Assembly: GCA_038239645.1 (NCBI GenBank)
Contig: JBBSEO010000001.1
Coordinates: forward strand, 1-52,585
DNA from: Chthoniobacterales bacterium
Lineage (GTDB): Bacteria > Verrucomicrobiota > Verrucomicrobiia > Chthoniobacterales > UBA10450
Direction of reading: 5' to 3'
Length of the DNA stretch: 52,585 bases
The position numbers were made by a program, and so were the translations under genes. The notes below the pieces were generated by a model that was given only the letters and a program-made list of their open reading frames with translations, ran no database searches and was not told the origin of the DNA. Position 1 is the stretch's first letter. Each line of letters begins with the position of its first letter. This document shows positions 52,355-52,585 of the stretch, in pieces.

Positions 52355-52585
52355 CTAGGGAGCGTAGGAGCTGGGAAGATAGTAAGCGCGCCCGCTTTCC
52401 AACTGCGGGAGCAATTGCTTCGGAAGCTCAAGCTGCACCTTCGAACCCTGACCTAACGCGTGAAAGATTCTGCCAAAACTGAAGGGGGGCGCGTACTGGA
52501 CGACCGCGGCGCCGCGCGCTCCACTGAGCTCGCGCGCTTTCGCATACGCGTCCTCGATCTGACCGACACCGTCGATGAGTTTATC
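52355..52585 (-). CDS. sppA: Signal peptide peptidase SppA-like protein, C-terminal 76 codons only (gene begins beyond the right edge)
   Basis: Hand translation of the minus strand gives DKLIDGVGQIEDAYAKARELSGARGAAVVQYAPPFSFGRIFHALGQGSKVQLELPKQLLPQLESGRAYYLPSSYAP*. The LIDxxG..edA...A.el pattern is typical of the SppA C-terminus. Assignment from a short fragment is tentative. Confidence 0.55.
   Translation of the reverse strand, partial: DKLIDGVGQIEDAYAKARELSGARGAAVVQYAPPFSFGRIFHALGQGSKVQLELPKQLLPQLESGRAYYLPSSYAP

Noticed and set aside
1-52585. CRISPR arrays, insertion sequences, integrases, prophage genes, defence systems (RM, Abi, CBASS and similar) or a biosynthetic gene cluster anywhere in the window.
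   Set aside because: I saw no regularly spaced direct repeats, no transposase, integrase or recombinase-like ORFs, and no terminal inverted repeats flanking blocks. The CPBP/Abi-family protease and the RelE-like gene sit inside a housekeeping operon, not an island. Exhaustive repeat detection by eye is limited, so short or degenerate repeats could have been missed.

Overview
GC-rich bacterial chromosomal window. I call 44 complete and 2 edge-truncated protein genes, closely packed and often joined by ATGA/GTGA start-stop overlaps. By eye I found no rRNA, tRNA, CRISPR array, transposase or integrase. A Minf_1886-type protein, giant secreted glycosidases with thrombospondin-type-3-like Ca-binding repeats, and lysine-rich H1-like tails suggest a PVC-group or Verrucomicrobiota-like organism; this is inference only. 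Layout: (i) 1-14329, one minus-strand alpha-glucan (starch/glycogen-type) operon. It encodes a 2906-aa secreted GH13 + GH57-like fusion protein, a 1012-aa secreted GH13 protein, a 619-aa GH13 enzyme and a MalE-like binding lipoprotein that runs off the left edge. (ii) A CHASE2 class-III nucleotide cyclase. (iii) rplT-pheS-pheT, carA, a GT2 glycosyltransferase, a periplasmic isoaspartyl peptidase, mlaEFD-like genes and a small Arg-rich repeat protein. (iv) A minus-strand block: secreted hypothetical, Minf_1886-like protein, M16 peptidase, DUF1844 protein, topoisomerase IB. (v) An envelope-flavoured patch: Gly/Tyr-rich peptidoglycan-binding protein, zinc-ribbon membrane protein, FmdB-type zinc ribbon, L,D-transpeptidase. 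(vi) mfd, a SurA-like PPIase, pdxA, two ABC-2 permease paralogues flanking an opposite-strand MacAB-like efflux + rhodanese block, a DksA-like protein, rpmG, rpsR, and a long minus-strand housekeeping operon (sppA, CPBP protease, thiL, tsaE, tsaB, alr, RelE/ParE-like gene). I did not find a convincing self-contained new system such as a defence island, biosynthetic cluster or mobile element. The most unusual items are the GH13/GH57-like giant enzyme and the C-terminal module it shares with its neighbour, the Gly/Tyr-rich PG-binding protein, the cysteine-depleted DksA-L33-S18 cluster with an H1-like tail, and the Arg-rich repeat protein after the Mla genes. All family assignments come from motif recognition by eye; no searches were run.
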